A DNA stretch of 64,000 nt from Promethearchaeota archaeon (GTDB taxonomy: Archaea; Asgardarchaeota; Lokiarchaeia; Sigyniarchaeales; SOKP01). Position 1 is the first letter of the stretch. Each line of letters opens with the position of its first letter. The position numbers and the translations under genes are program-made. Where the stretch lies: assembly GCA_016839555.1 (NCBI GenBank), contig JAEOUA010000007.1, positions 96,001 to 160,000 on the forward strand. Direction: 5' to 3'. Shown here piece after piece: positions 10,193 to 19,696 of this stretch. Below the pieces are notes generated by a model. The model was not told where the DNA came from and did not search any database. It was given only the letters and a program-made list of their open reading frames with translations.

Positions 10193-11005
10193 ATGAGATC
10201 CTTAGCATTAAATCAATTAACATGCAAAAAAAAAGATATTATTAAATTTATCAAAATTTCTAATGATTTTGAAGGAATAGAATTAAGTTTTGAGCAATTA
10301 GATAGCTCACTTTCAGAAGAACTCTCATTAAAAGATATATTTGAATACTTAAGTGTTTATGATCTCAGATTAATAAATCTTTTTCAATTAGAAGACTTTT
10401 CACTTTGTTCCGATACTAAATTCAAAACAGTAATTATTCCCACTTTGAAAAAAATGATGGATTATTGTTATAAGCTGGAATGCAATATGCTTAGTGTTGT
10501 TCCATCATTTGAATCGAGGGATATCCCTCAGTGGAGAATTTTAAGAAGAACAATAGAAAAATTACAAAAAATTGTTAAAATAGCTTATAAAGAAAATATA
10601 CGCATTGGATTTGAAGTTATAAATCTTCCAAAAAATTCTATTCCCAGTCTTGAAGAAGCTAAAAAAGTTCTTACACCTTTAAAATCACAAGAAAACCTCG
10701 GTTATATTGTAGATACCTTTTATTTAGGTGAAAGCGAGGAGAATTTCGAAAATATAATTGAAATCATGGATTATATATATTTAATACGATTAGCGGATTT
10801 AATAAAGAAAAATAAAGAAAAAATAGAATCTACAAAAGAAGAGCAAAGATTACTTCCGGGAACAGGGAGCTTTAATTTTGAAAAATTTTTCCCTGTGACA
10901 AAAAGGTATTATAAAAATTATTTTTCTCTTAAATTATCAGAATGCCAGAAAAGTTTATATAATAAATTTTATAGAATAATTAACTATTTTAATTGGATAA
11001 TATAA
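10193..11005 (+). CDS. Xylose-isomerase-like TIM barrel (sugar-phosphate isomerase/AP endonuclease 2 family), metal site degenerate
   Basis: FEGIEL, IGFEVI, NLGYIVDTF, RLLPGTGSFNF; expected His/Glu metal ligands replaced. Confidence 0.7.
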   Translation: MRSLALNQLTCKKKDIIKFIKISNDFEGIELSFEQLDSSLSEELSLKDIFEYLSVYDLRLINLFQLEDFSLCSDTKFKTVIIPTLKKMMDYCYKLECNMLSVVPSFESRDIPQWRILRRTIEKLQKIVKIAYKENIRIGFEVINLPKNSIPSLEEAKKVLTPLKSQENLGYIVDTFYLGESEENFENIIEIMDYIYLIRLADLIKKNKEKIESTKEEQRLLPGTGSFNFEKFFPVTKRYYKNYFSLKLSECQKSLYNKFYRIINYFNWII

Positions 11006-11061
11006 TTATTTCTAAATCTTGAATTACTAAAATTAATTTAAATTAATAATTTCTTCACTAT

Positions 11062-11877
11062 ATGAATGTTGTACTCTTTTATTTCTCAGCAACCGAGAAC
11101 ACAGCTAAAATTGCTCATATTATTAAGAACAAATTAGTTAAATTAAACTCGGAAGTAAAAGAGTATAATATTACCAGTAAAAATGATAGAGAAAAAGAAA
11201 TAGATTTAAAAAGTTATGATGCAGCATTATTCGGTTTTCCAATTTACGCTTTGCGAATTCCTGAGCCTGCGCGTGAATGGCTCCCACACATAAATGGGAG
11301 GGGTAAAAAATGCGGTATGTTTTTTACTTATGGGGGAGTAACAAGAGGAATAGCGCATTATGAAACTAAAGAGATTTTAGAAAGACAAAACTTCAAAGTT
11401 ATAGCAAGTGCAGACTTTCCTATGAGCCATACTTACAATCTAGGAGGATGGAAACTAAATCTCAATAGACCAAATGAAAGAGATATTAAAATTGCAGAGA
11501 AATTTGCTGAAATTTTATATAATCGCTTTTCTGCTAACAGAGATTTTTTATTTACCATTCCAAAACCAGATTTTGATAAAACAAAGTTGAAAACTTCTAA
11601 ACACCTAGTTAAACATGGAGTGCCTCCCCCCATATTTCAAAAGGAGAACTGCAACCTATGTCAGATTTGCGAGGACCTGTGCCCCACGGGCGCAATAGAC
11701 ATCTATAATGGGGTGATAGATAAGAACTTATGTCTTCATTGTTTCCGTTGTATTATAAATTGCCCTGAAGGAGCCTTAAAAGCGCCTGATCTAAATCAAC
11801 AATTTCAAGTTTTTAAAGAGATGAATAAACTTACTGTGGAGATTATAAATAATAAAAAAAGCAAAATTTTAATCTGA
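11062..11877 (+). CDS. Flavodoxin-ferredoxin fusion (EFR1-like)
   Basis: YFSATENT flavodoxin loop, GFPIY; two CxxCxxCxxxCP motifs. Confidence 0.85.
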   Translation: MNVVLFYFSATENTAKIAHIIKNKLVKLNSEVKEYNITSKNDREKEIDLKSYDAALFGFPIYALRIPEPAREWLPHINGRGKKCGMFFTYGGVTRGIAHYETKEILERQNFKVIASADFPMSHTYNLGGWKLNLNRPNERDIKIAEKFAEILYNRFSANRDFLFTIPKPDFDKTKLKTSKHLVKHGVPPPIFQKENCNLCQICEDLCPTGAIDIYNGVIDKNLCLHCFRCIINCPEGALKAPDLNQQFQVFKEMNKLTVEIINNKKSKILI

Positions 11878-12153
11878 AATTATTTTAATATTTGTTATTT
11901 AAAAAGTCTCATCTCAAAAATAAGTAAACTTATTAGAATCCTGGCTTCAATAAGTATATAATAATTATAAATATTAATAAAGAATAACAGATCAAATCTT
12001 CATAAATCTTTTCTCTTTTGAAAAAATATAATATTATTATTTCTTTTAGATCATTAACGAAGTTTTTATGAAAAATTATGAAAGATAATTGAAATTATAA
12101 GCCTATAAAATAGAATTATTAAAATAAATAGATAAAGAGCTATAAAATCGAAT

Positions 12154-12696
12154 ATGTATGATTATGATTATACCTTTAAACTTCTTTTGTTAGGGGACGC
12201 TTCTGTTGGCAAGACCTCGTTCACAAAGCAGTATTGCTATAATGTATTTAATCCCTCAGAACGTTTGACCATTGGTGTAGATTTTCATGTGAAGACAGTA
12301 GAGCTTGAATATAATGGTGAAACTAAACTTATTAAACTCCAGATTTGGGATATTGGAGGTGAGGAACGCTTCCGATTTCTTCTTCCTACCTATTGTTTAG
12401 GCGCTAATGGAGCATTTTTGTTATATGATATTACCAGACCCACAACTCTTGAAAATATTACTGAATGGACGACTATTGTACGAAAAAAAGGAGGAGCTAT
12501 TCCTATTATATTAGTTGAAGCTAAAATTGACTTAGATGACCTTAGAAAAATTCCAAAGGAACATGGAAAACAAATCGTAGAACAAAACAAACTTGCGGGA
12601 ATCATTGAAATTTCCGCAAAACAAGACATTAATGTGGACAAGGCTTTTCAGCTTTTAACACAATTAACCTTAGAAAAAATAGAAGAATCTAAATAG
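12154..12696 (+). CDS. Rab-like small GTPase with atypical G3/G4
   Basis: GDASVGKTS, TIGVDF, KLQIWDIGGEERF, LLYDIT, G4 EAKID, G5 EISAK. Confidence 0.9.
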   Translation: MYDYDYTFKLLLLGDASVGKTSFTKQYCYNVFNPSERLTIGVDFHVKTVELEYNGETKLIKLQIWDIGGEERFRFLLPTYCLGANGAFLLYDITRPTTLENITEWTTIVRKKGGAIPIILVEAKIDLDDLRKIPKEHGKQIVEQNKLAGIIEISAKQDINVDKAFQLLTQLTLEKIEESK

Positions 12697-12704
12697 GTGA
12701 GTTA

Positions 12705-13670
12705 ATGGGAGAGGAACAGTATCTAATATTAAACCAACTTTTTGATTCAGTGGGGATAATAGAAAAAGGTATTGAAAAAATATATCATTATTTATTGATA
12801 AATAAACGAATAGATAATCTGAAAGAGGTATGTAATCAATTTAATCTCACTTTAAAACGCGGTTATAAAATTAATTCCGTTTTATCCGAATTAGAGCTAG
12901 TTCAAATCTATGATCGACCTATGAAAATTATCTTACGAACTCCTATTATTCCAATTTGGCAAAAAATTGTTAATAATCAGATTGAACAATTAAAAATAAA
13001 CTTAAATGAAAAAATAGATTATTGTGACAGCTCCTTTGAAAACTTCATTGACACATACGACCTTAAAAAAGAAGAAGTAGAACAAGAACCCATTGAATTT
13101 ATCAATCACAGTATCGATAATATAGAATATATCTATTATCCTTTTTTAGCCCAGGAAAAAGTAAAAATATCTCATGGCATTAGATATGAAAATATTCTAA
13201 TTACAAAATTGAGAAATGAGACGATTGATACGATTAATAAGCAATATAGAGAAAAAATTATCAAGGGAATTAAAAATATCGCACCAAATATTAAAAATTT
13301 ATCCATAAAAGTAATATTTAACCAAGATCTCGTACAATCACTTTTAAATAGCAGAGAATTTGAAATAATGGCTAATATTCTAAATGTAATTGATTTCGAA
13401 TTTTATAAATTTAATGTTGTTATTACAAAGGAGAACTTTAGCAATTTTAGTTTAGTAGACAATGAATTAATACAACCAAGCTTTGATCCTTCTAATAAAT
13501 TGCTAGGAGCATATATTTCAAGAAATAAAGATATCTATCAAGTATTTATGGAAAAATTCCAAGAGATGTTTGAAAAAGGAACTCCAATTAACCAATTCCT
13601 TAAAAAAAGTGAGGATTTATCCATACAATCGCTCTCTGATTTCCAAAATTTCGTTTTATGCTTATTATAA
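12705..13670 (+). CDS. Putative TrmB-like winged-helix transcription regulator
   Basis: N-terminal KIYHYLL...LKEVCNQFNLTLKRGYKINSVLSELELVQ then a coiled coil and C-terminal domain; GGTGA RBS, 8-bp gap after the GTPase. Confidence 0.55.
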   Translation: MGEEQYLILNQLFDSVGIIEKGIEKIYHYLLINKRIDNLKEVCNQFNLTLKRGYKINSVLSELELVQIYDRPMKIILRTPIIPIWQKIVNNQIEQLKINLNEKIDYCDSSFENFIDTYDLKKEEVEQEPIEFINHSIDNIEYIYYPFLAQEKVKISHGIRYENILITKLRNETIDTINKQYREKIIKGIKNIAPNIKNLSIKVIFNQDLVQSLLNSREFEIMANILNVIDFEFYKFNVVITKENFSNFSLVDNELIQPSFDPSNKLLGAYISRNKDIYQVFMEKFQEMFEKGTPINQFLKKSEDLSIQSLSDFQNFVLCLL

Positions 13671-13838
13671 CCATGGATTATATGATTTTTTTATTCTTGT
13701 ACATGAATTCTAATTAATTCTAAGTATGCTTTAATATTCTAATTATAAAGTTAAAAAGAAAAAAATTAGAAAAATAATCAAGAATTTTGCCTTGAATAAT
13801 GAAAAGTTTGAAAATTAAAACATATTAGAATTTTACTT

Positions 13839-15242
13839 TTAAAAGATTGATTTAAGGTCACTAATCAATTTCTCTTGGAAACGATTATGAACCATTTCAT
13901 ATTTCATAATTCCTTGAATTCTTCCTATTCTCATTTTCAATCCAGGAGTGAGTTTAGTTTTATTTAAATAAACTGCAATATATGGCTTTTTTTCATTCAT
14001 GGCAAGATGGATTTCATCTTGAGCATTATCAGATTCCATAACAAAGGGAGAGATGAATGAAAGGAATACTTTACATCCTAACAATTTTTCAGCAATTGTA
14101 TCACACCAATCAGTGGAAAGAGGTATTCCTTCATCATACCATATTCTAAATCCATTTTTATATAATGCATCAAGAATAGGATAGACTTCTGCTTTATCCT
14201 TATGAGCATAACTTACAAAAATATAAGGATTTTCACCCATATATGCCGTGAATGGAGGTTCTATTGCAATTTCAGAGGTCGTTTCTTTTATTTCCCGCTT
14301 TAAGTATATTTCAAGTGAATCTTTATCATGTGGTAGATCTTCAAATGGAGAAAATTTTCTCAATATTTTTTCAACTAAATCAGAACGTTTCATAATTTTT
14401 GTAATGACATCATAAGAATCTAAAATTATCATAGTAGGTTTTCCGGTTTTTTTTTTAATCTTTATACGTTTTAATATTAAATCAACAACCTTTTTGCACA
14501 CCCATGATTCAAAATCCTCTTCTTCTTGGGAAATATCTTTTGTACTTTTTCCAGCATAATCACCACTCCAATCCAAAGTTACAAGATCATTATGGATATA
14601 AAATTTATAATCATCCTCAAACATAATAGAGGGTTCTTCTTTAAATAACCTTTGAGTTGCGAGCAAATTCAATCGTTTTTCGATAGTTGTAATAAAATCT
14701 TCATCAACTTTAAAGGGTAATTCTTCAGGCTCGATTATTTTTTTGCTGATTAACATTAAATATATTGCCATTTGATGAAGACATAATCCGCCTCGAATAC
14801 CAATTTTACAATTACAATCGCGTTCTACAGAATCTTTATTGAGTTGTAGCGAGGCTTTATGTGAACCATATTTTCCTGAAAACCAAATATTATATCCTTT
14901 TCCTTCCGCGATTATAGTAGTATTTTGTATTTTTTCCGTTTTATGTTCCCCGCTTATAAGAGAAAGTCCATCGGAAACCACCTTCTCAACAAGGTCTGGT
15001 TCGAATTGAGCTCTCATCTCATTTTTTTTTGCTTCAGATAAGGAGGAATCTACAAATTCTACCAAATCTAACTTTTTCAAAGTAGTATATCCTTTTAAGA
15101 GATCATTTTTTGGACCATTGATCACAAATTTCTCATTATATTGGTCAATTAATTCTTTTATTTTTGCTACAGTTAGAGTGAGTAAAAATGTTTTAAATGT
15201 GAGAGGTTCTAAATTTTTCCTAAATTCTCTTTTTCTTGCCAT
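13839..15242 (-). CDS. SWIM zinc-finger + C-terminal TIR domain protein
   Basis: SWIM CNC-x8-CLH (DCNCKIGIRGGLCLHQMA); TIR_2-like IFVSYAHKD...IWYDEGI...ESDNAQDEIHLA. Confidence 0.8.
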   Translation of the reverse strand: MARKREFRKNLEPLTFKTFLLTLTVAKIKELIDQYNEKFVINGPKNDLLKGYTTLKKLDLVEFVDSSLSEAKKNEMRAQFEPDLVEKVVSDGLSLISGEHKTEKIQNTTIIAEGKGYNIWFSGKYGSHKASLQLNKDSVERDCNCKIGIRGGLCLHQMAIYLMLISKKIIEPEELPFKVDEDFITTIEKRLNLLATQRLFKEEPSIMFEDDYKFYIHNDLVTLDWSGDYAGKSTKDISQEEEDFESWVCKKVVDLILKRIKIKKKTGKPTMIILDSYDVITKIMKRSDLVEKILRKFSPFEDLPHDKDSLEIYLKREIKETTSEIAIEPPFTAYMGENPYIFVSYAHKDKAEVYPILDALYKNGFRIWYDEGIPLSTDWCDTIAEKLLGCKVFLSFISPFVMESDNAQDEIHLAMNEKKPYIAVYLNKTKLTPGLKMRIGRIQGIMKYEMVHNRFQEKLISDLKSIF

Positions 15243-15463
15243 TTTTAATTAGTTTATGTATAAAATTTCATTGTATATCTAATAAACTGATGGTTCTATA
15301 AATTAATCCTCAAGATTTAAATTTGTGTTTTCAAGCATAGAGATGAAACGCATATATACTCAAAATTCATAATTAACACGAATTATATTTAAAAAGTGCA
15401 AATTTTCTTTGCATTTTATTTTCTTAAATATTTTTAAAAAAAGATATAAATAAAAAAATAAAC

Positions 15464-17017
15464 TTATTTTTTGATTTTCTGTTTAAATTTCATGGCTTTC
15501 TGATATCTTTTTAACAACTCTCTTGGTGTGACGGGATTTTCAGAACGTTCAAATATTGTGGCTTTACTCGTAATACCGAAAAGGTATTTTGCAACTTTTT
15601 TTAAGTCCTTCATAGGATATCTACCCATCATGGCAATTGTTTCCATCTGAGGTGAACCCCCACCATGTAACCCTGCTACTTGCAGTATACCTCCTATATC
15701 TGAGCAGCCAAGAGTTTCGATACCTTTAACAATTTTAAGAGCTTTTATAGGATCAATTTTAGGATTTCTTTGCATGTATTTTAATGCTAATTCCCCTACT
15801 TCTGAGTTGGTAAATGTTTCCAAATACGGTAAAGTGGCCATAATCCCGCCGGTAATGTCAGCTAATATCTTATACTCCTCGTAAATATTCTCTCCCGCCA
15901 ATCTCCGCCCTGCATTAGTTAAAACCTCATCGGGAATTTGAGTTCCTGAAGGAGATTTTTCAGAATGTAAGGCACTGGATTCTCCTGCGGCAAATACTAA
16001 TTCTGCAGTGCCAATCAAATGGCTTATTTTCGTGGAAACATGTTTTGCATTCTCTACATTATTATATTCAGCTGCCATTGAACACGCACTCGCTAAAATT
16101 TCGCTTATGGCGGGCTTGCATCCCGTGTAAGAGTGTCTATGATAATGTGCAAATAAAAGCGCTAAAAATCCACCGTATGCCGTAGCATCTGGGGTTTCTT
16201 TTCCATTCAAAAAGACGCGGTCTTTGGGGATAAATACATCATCAAAAATAATAAAAGTTTCCACATCGCCCAGTTCAGTAGTAGGACATCTAAATTCTTC
16301 CGGAAGATCTTGCACTCCATGAACCCATGCTGGTCGCGATAATAATTTTACGCCATCCCAATCAGCAGGTATCGCAAACGAGACTGCCCAGTCACTATCT
16401 TCGGGAGTTAAAAATCTACAAGGTACAGATACTATTTCATCCACATAGGTAGTATTAGTAATACATTGCTTTGCTCCTCTTACAACTATTCCATCATCCC
16501 TATTTTCTATTATCTTTACATATGCACCAGGATTTTCTTGTTCATGTGGTCTCTTTGAACGATCTCCCTTCGCATCCGTAGAGGCGCATGACGCAGCAAG
16601 ATCTCTTTCTTGGAAATCAATCATATATTTTTTAAATCGGTCATAATAATTAGTTCCCAGCGCTTCGTCGCATTCATAAGTAACCACAGAAAGTGCATTC
16701 AAGGCATCAATGCCCATGCATCGCTGAATGCAACCGCCTACTCGATGGCATAATACACGCGTCATCCGCTGCTTCTTAAATAAGTCTTCTTTGGATTGAT
16801 GAATATGAGTAAATCGGTTAATCTTCTTTCCAGTAAAATGACTAATTGCTGTGCAGAGATCTTCATAACGGGGGTCTACTGCACATGAATATGTTTCTTT
16901 GATGATATTAATGCCTCCTTGAATTCTCCAATCATCTCGCCCCACTTTCTCGTCGCCTATGTACACATTAGGCTTCATTTTATAAAGAGCTTCTTTATAT
17001 TCCTCAACCGTTCTCAT
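15464..17017 (-). CDS. abfD: 4-hydroxybutyryl-CoA dehydratase / vinylacetyl-CoA isomerase (AbfD/HpaB family)
   Basis: GCIQRCMG and HYHRHSYTGCK carry the [4Fe-4S] Cys/His ligands; TDAKGDRS; HGGGSP. Confidence 0.8.
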   Translation of the reverse strand: MRTVEEYKEALYKMKPNVYIGDEKVGRDDWRIQGGINIIKETYSCAVDPRYEDLCTAISHFTGKKINRFTHIHQSKEDLFKKQRMTRVLCHRVGGCIQRCMGIDALNALSVVTYECDEALGTNYYDRFKKYMIDFQERDLAASCASTDAKGDRSKRPHEQENPGAYVKIIENRDDGIVVRGAKQCITNTTYVDEIVSVPCRFLTPEDSDWAVSFAIPADWDGVKLLSRPAWVHGVQDLPEEFRCPTTELGDVETFIIFDDVFIPKDRVFLNGKETPDATAYGGFLALLFAHYHRHSYTGCKPAISEILASACSMAAEYNNVENAKHVSTKISHLIGTAELVFAAGESSALHSEKSPSGTQIPDEVLTNAGRRLAGENIYEEYKILADITGGIMATLPYLETFTNSEVGELALKYMQRNPKIDPIKALKIVKGIETLGCSDIGGILQVAGLHGGGSPQMETIAMMGRYPMKDLKKVAKYLFGITSKATIFERSENPVTPRELLKRYQKAMKFKQKIKK

Positions 17018-17223
17018 TTTCTTGTCATTTTTGTTTTAAATTTTATTTATTATTAAATTTATGTAATCCTTTCATCCTTTTATATAATTTTATTATCTAA
17101 TGAAAATAGATCATTAAAAAAATCAGAAAGGTTTAAAACTGAATATCTTTAAATCTCTGAAATTTTATGCATTAAAAATAGAAAAAATAAATAAAAAAAA
17201 GAGAAGTTAATTATTTTAAGAAA

Positions 17224-17643
17224 TTAATCATAGCGTTCGGTGGTCATGAGTAGCCAGATAAAACCTGCTAAACCAAGCAAGGCGGCAGCGATATCTATAA
17301 GCCAGACCCACCATGCTAAATATGCTGCGCTTAGAACCATACTGGATATGGAGCTCACCGCCATCACCGTCAAAACGACCATTGCTTGCCCAAGTGCCCA
17401 TTCTTGCTCCCTAAACATGCCAATTCCAGATATTAGAGCCCATATTCCTAATAATATTGCGATGAAGGGGGATCCTCCTAAAGCAGTAGATGCTGCGGCT
17501 ATCACAGCGGGATCAAGGGCGGTACCAATAACACCAAATACATATAAGAATTGCACCACAGCCATAGTAATAAAGAGCAGCCCAATAATTATCAATAGGA
17601 TATTCAAAAATTCACTAGAATCCTTTTTTTTCTCTTCACTCAT
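17224..17643 (-). CDS. Small integral membrane protein (~4 TM)
   Basis: 139 aa with four hydrophobic segments; AGGT RBS-like sequence upstream. Confidence 0.7.
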   Translation of the reverse strand: MSEEKKKDSSEFLNILLIIIGLLFITMAVVQFLYVFGVIGTALDPAVIAAASTALGGSPFIAILLGIWALISGIGMFREQEWALGQAMVVLTVMAVSSISSMVLSAAYLAWWVWLIDIAAALLGLAGFIWLLMTTERYD

Positions 17644-18139
17644 TTTTTTTAAACCTATTTTTTGTTTTAAAAAGTAATTAATTCTAAAATATCAATTTAT
17701 ACATTTAAACTTTTTTCATTAAAATTGAATAACTTATCCTAAACTAAAGAAAAATTCTATATCTGATCATAGAATCAATAAGATTTTTGAAAAAATTATT
17801 GAAATTTTTTTTAAAAGAAAAATGAACATAGAGAAATTATATATTAAAAAAAAAATTCAAAACTAAGGATTTTAACAATTCTTACTAAACATTATTCAAT
17901 TCTATTAGAAAAATATATAAGCAGAGGTTTGTTTTTAAGTATTTGTTCAATAAAAAGGGTAATGCATGAACATTATTCAAGTATAATAACATTTATAAAA
18001 TCTTTTTCATAATTCTATATATATTATTAAAATTTTTTTATTGATAAAAACAAAGGCCTCTTTTTCATCTTTTTTATGCTAAAATAATAAAATTTTTCAT
18101 TCATTATTATTACATGAATATAATGTGAAGTGATTTAAA

Positions 18140-19468
18140 ATGGACAATCGTATATACATTTTAGATACGACTAATAGGGATGGAGTTCAAACTTCAAGAT
18201 TAGGCTTAGCTAAGTTAGAAAAAACCGTAATCAATATTCTTTTAAATCAAATGGGTGTTTATCAATCTGAATTTGGATTTCCTGCCACCCTTCATGAGAC
18301 GAATTATATTAATGCAAATCTGGAATTAGCGAGGATGGGAGTATTACAACCCATAATTTTAGAGGGCTGGGTGAGGGCACTTGCTTCTGATGTAGAAAAA
18401 GCTGTCGAGCTGACCAGGGTTAAACATTTGAATTTATCCATTTCCACTTCCCGACAAATGATTCAAGGGAAATTTGGAGGAAAATATGATGAGGATGATA
18501 TTATTGAGATCATGACAGAAGCAGTCACTCGAGCAAAAGATTTGGGAATAAAAACAGTGGGAGTTAATGCCGAGGATGCCAGCAGAACCTCAATGGATTA
18601 TTTACTTAAATTTGGGAATGCAGCGCGGAAGGTAGGAGCGGATCGTCTCCGATATTGCGATACCCTTGGATATGAACGGGCCTTTCGTATTCATTTTCGC
18701 TGTAAAGATTTAACAAGAGCGCTTGAAATGCCTATTGAGCTTCATACACATAATGATTTGGGTATGGCTGTATCGACCGCAATTGAGGGTGCGAAGGGAG
18801 TAATCGAGGAAGGGCAAGATGCATTTATTAACACCACCATTAATTCGATGGGAGAAAGAGCTGGTAATTGTGATTTAGTAACTACTCTTTTAGCTCTTAG
18901 ACATGCAGCAGATTTTGATGAATTAGGACTCCTTGATCCTGATATTGATCTCAGTAAATCATGGCAAATAGCAAAATATGCCGAACATTGTTTCGGAATT
19001 CAAATCCCAGTTAATCAAGTGGGTGTGGGAGAAAATATGTTTGCTCATGAATCGGGTATTCATGCCGATGGAGCATTAAAGGACCGTCGGAATTATGAAC
19101 TCTATGACTTTAAGGAATTAGGACGTGGAGAGAAAATCCTTGTGGAGACTGGGCGGAAAATAACAACAGGAGAGTACAGTGGTATAAGCGCCATGAAGCA
19201 TGTGTATGAAAATTTCAATCTAAGCTTTAAAAATGATGAAGAAGCAAGACAAATCCTCGAACTTTGTCGATTTGCGAATGTTGAAAAACAAAGGCCCCTT
19301 ACCAAGGAAGAATTCATCTTCATTGCTGAATATCCCAAAATTGCGGAGACATTATTAACAATTGCTCCACCTCCTATTACAATTTATCGTCCCTACATTG
19401 AACGTCAAAAAGAAAAAGAAGAAAAGCTATTAAAGCAAGTGGATTATAAGGATAAACATATTTCTTAA
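18140..19468 (+). CDS. DRE-TIM metallolyase (homocitrate synthase / Re-citrate synthase family)
   Basis: DTTNRDGVQ, AEDASR, YCDTLG, HTHNDLGMA, GERAGN, FAHESGIHADG; no LeuA regulatory domain. Confidence 0.85.
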   Translation: MDNRIYILDTTNRDGVQTSRLGLAKLEKTVINILLNQMGVYQSEFGFPATLHETNYINANLELARMGVLQPIILEGWVRALASDVEKAVELTRVKHLNLSISTSRQMIQGKFGGKYDEDDIIEIMTEAVTRAKDLGIKTVGVNAEDASRTSMDYLLKFGNAARKVGADRLRYCDTLGYERAFRIHFRCKDLTRALEMPIELHTHNDLGMAVSTAIEGAKGVIEEGQDAFINTTINSMGERAGNCDLVTTLLALRHAADFDELGLLDPDIDLSKSWQIAKYAEHCFGIQIPVNQVGVGENMFAHESGIHADGALKDRRNYELYDFKELGRGEKILVETGRKITTGEYSGISAMKHVYENFNLSFKNDEEARQILELCRFANVEKQRPLTKEEFIFIAEYPKIAETLLTIAPPPITIYRPYIERQKEKEEKLLKQVDYKDKHIS

Positions 19469-19696
19469 TTTCATTGATAAGCAGAAGAAAAAGCTAATAA
19501 TATAATTCTTCTGTTTTTCAATTCCTTATTTTAGATCTTATTTAAATTAGAATTATTGTTTTTAATACCAATTGCACTAATTTTTGTTAAAAATCAATAA
19601 TTCTAAAAAGAAAAATATTTAAATTTCAAATTAACTAATAGATATTTAATTGAAATTCATAACTATTAAAAAAAAATTAAATATATGTGATTAAAA

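Noticed and set aside
15464-17017. AbfD as evidence for autotrophic 4-hydroxybutyrate carbon fixation
   Set aside because: No other cycle genes nearby; the surrounding acyl-CoA genes fit fermentative or catabolic use at least as well.
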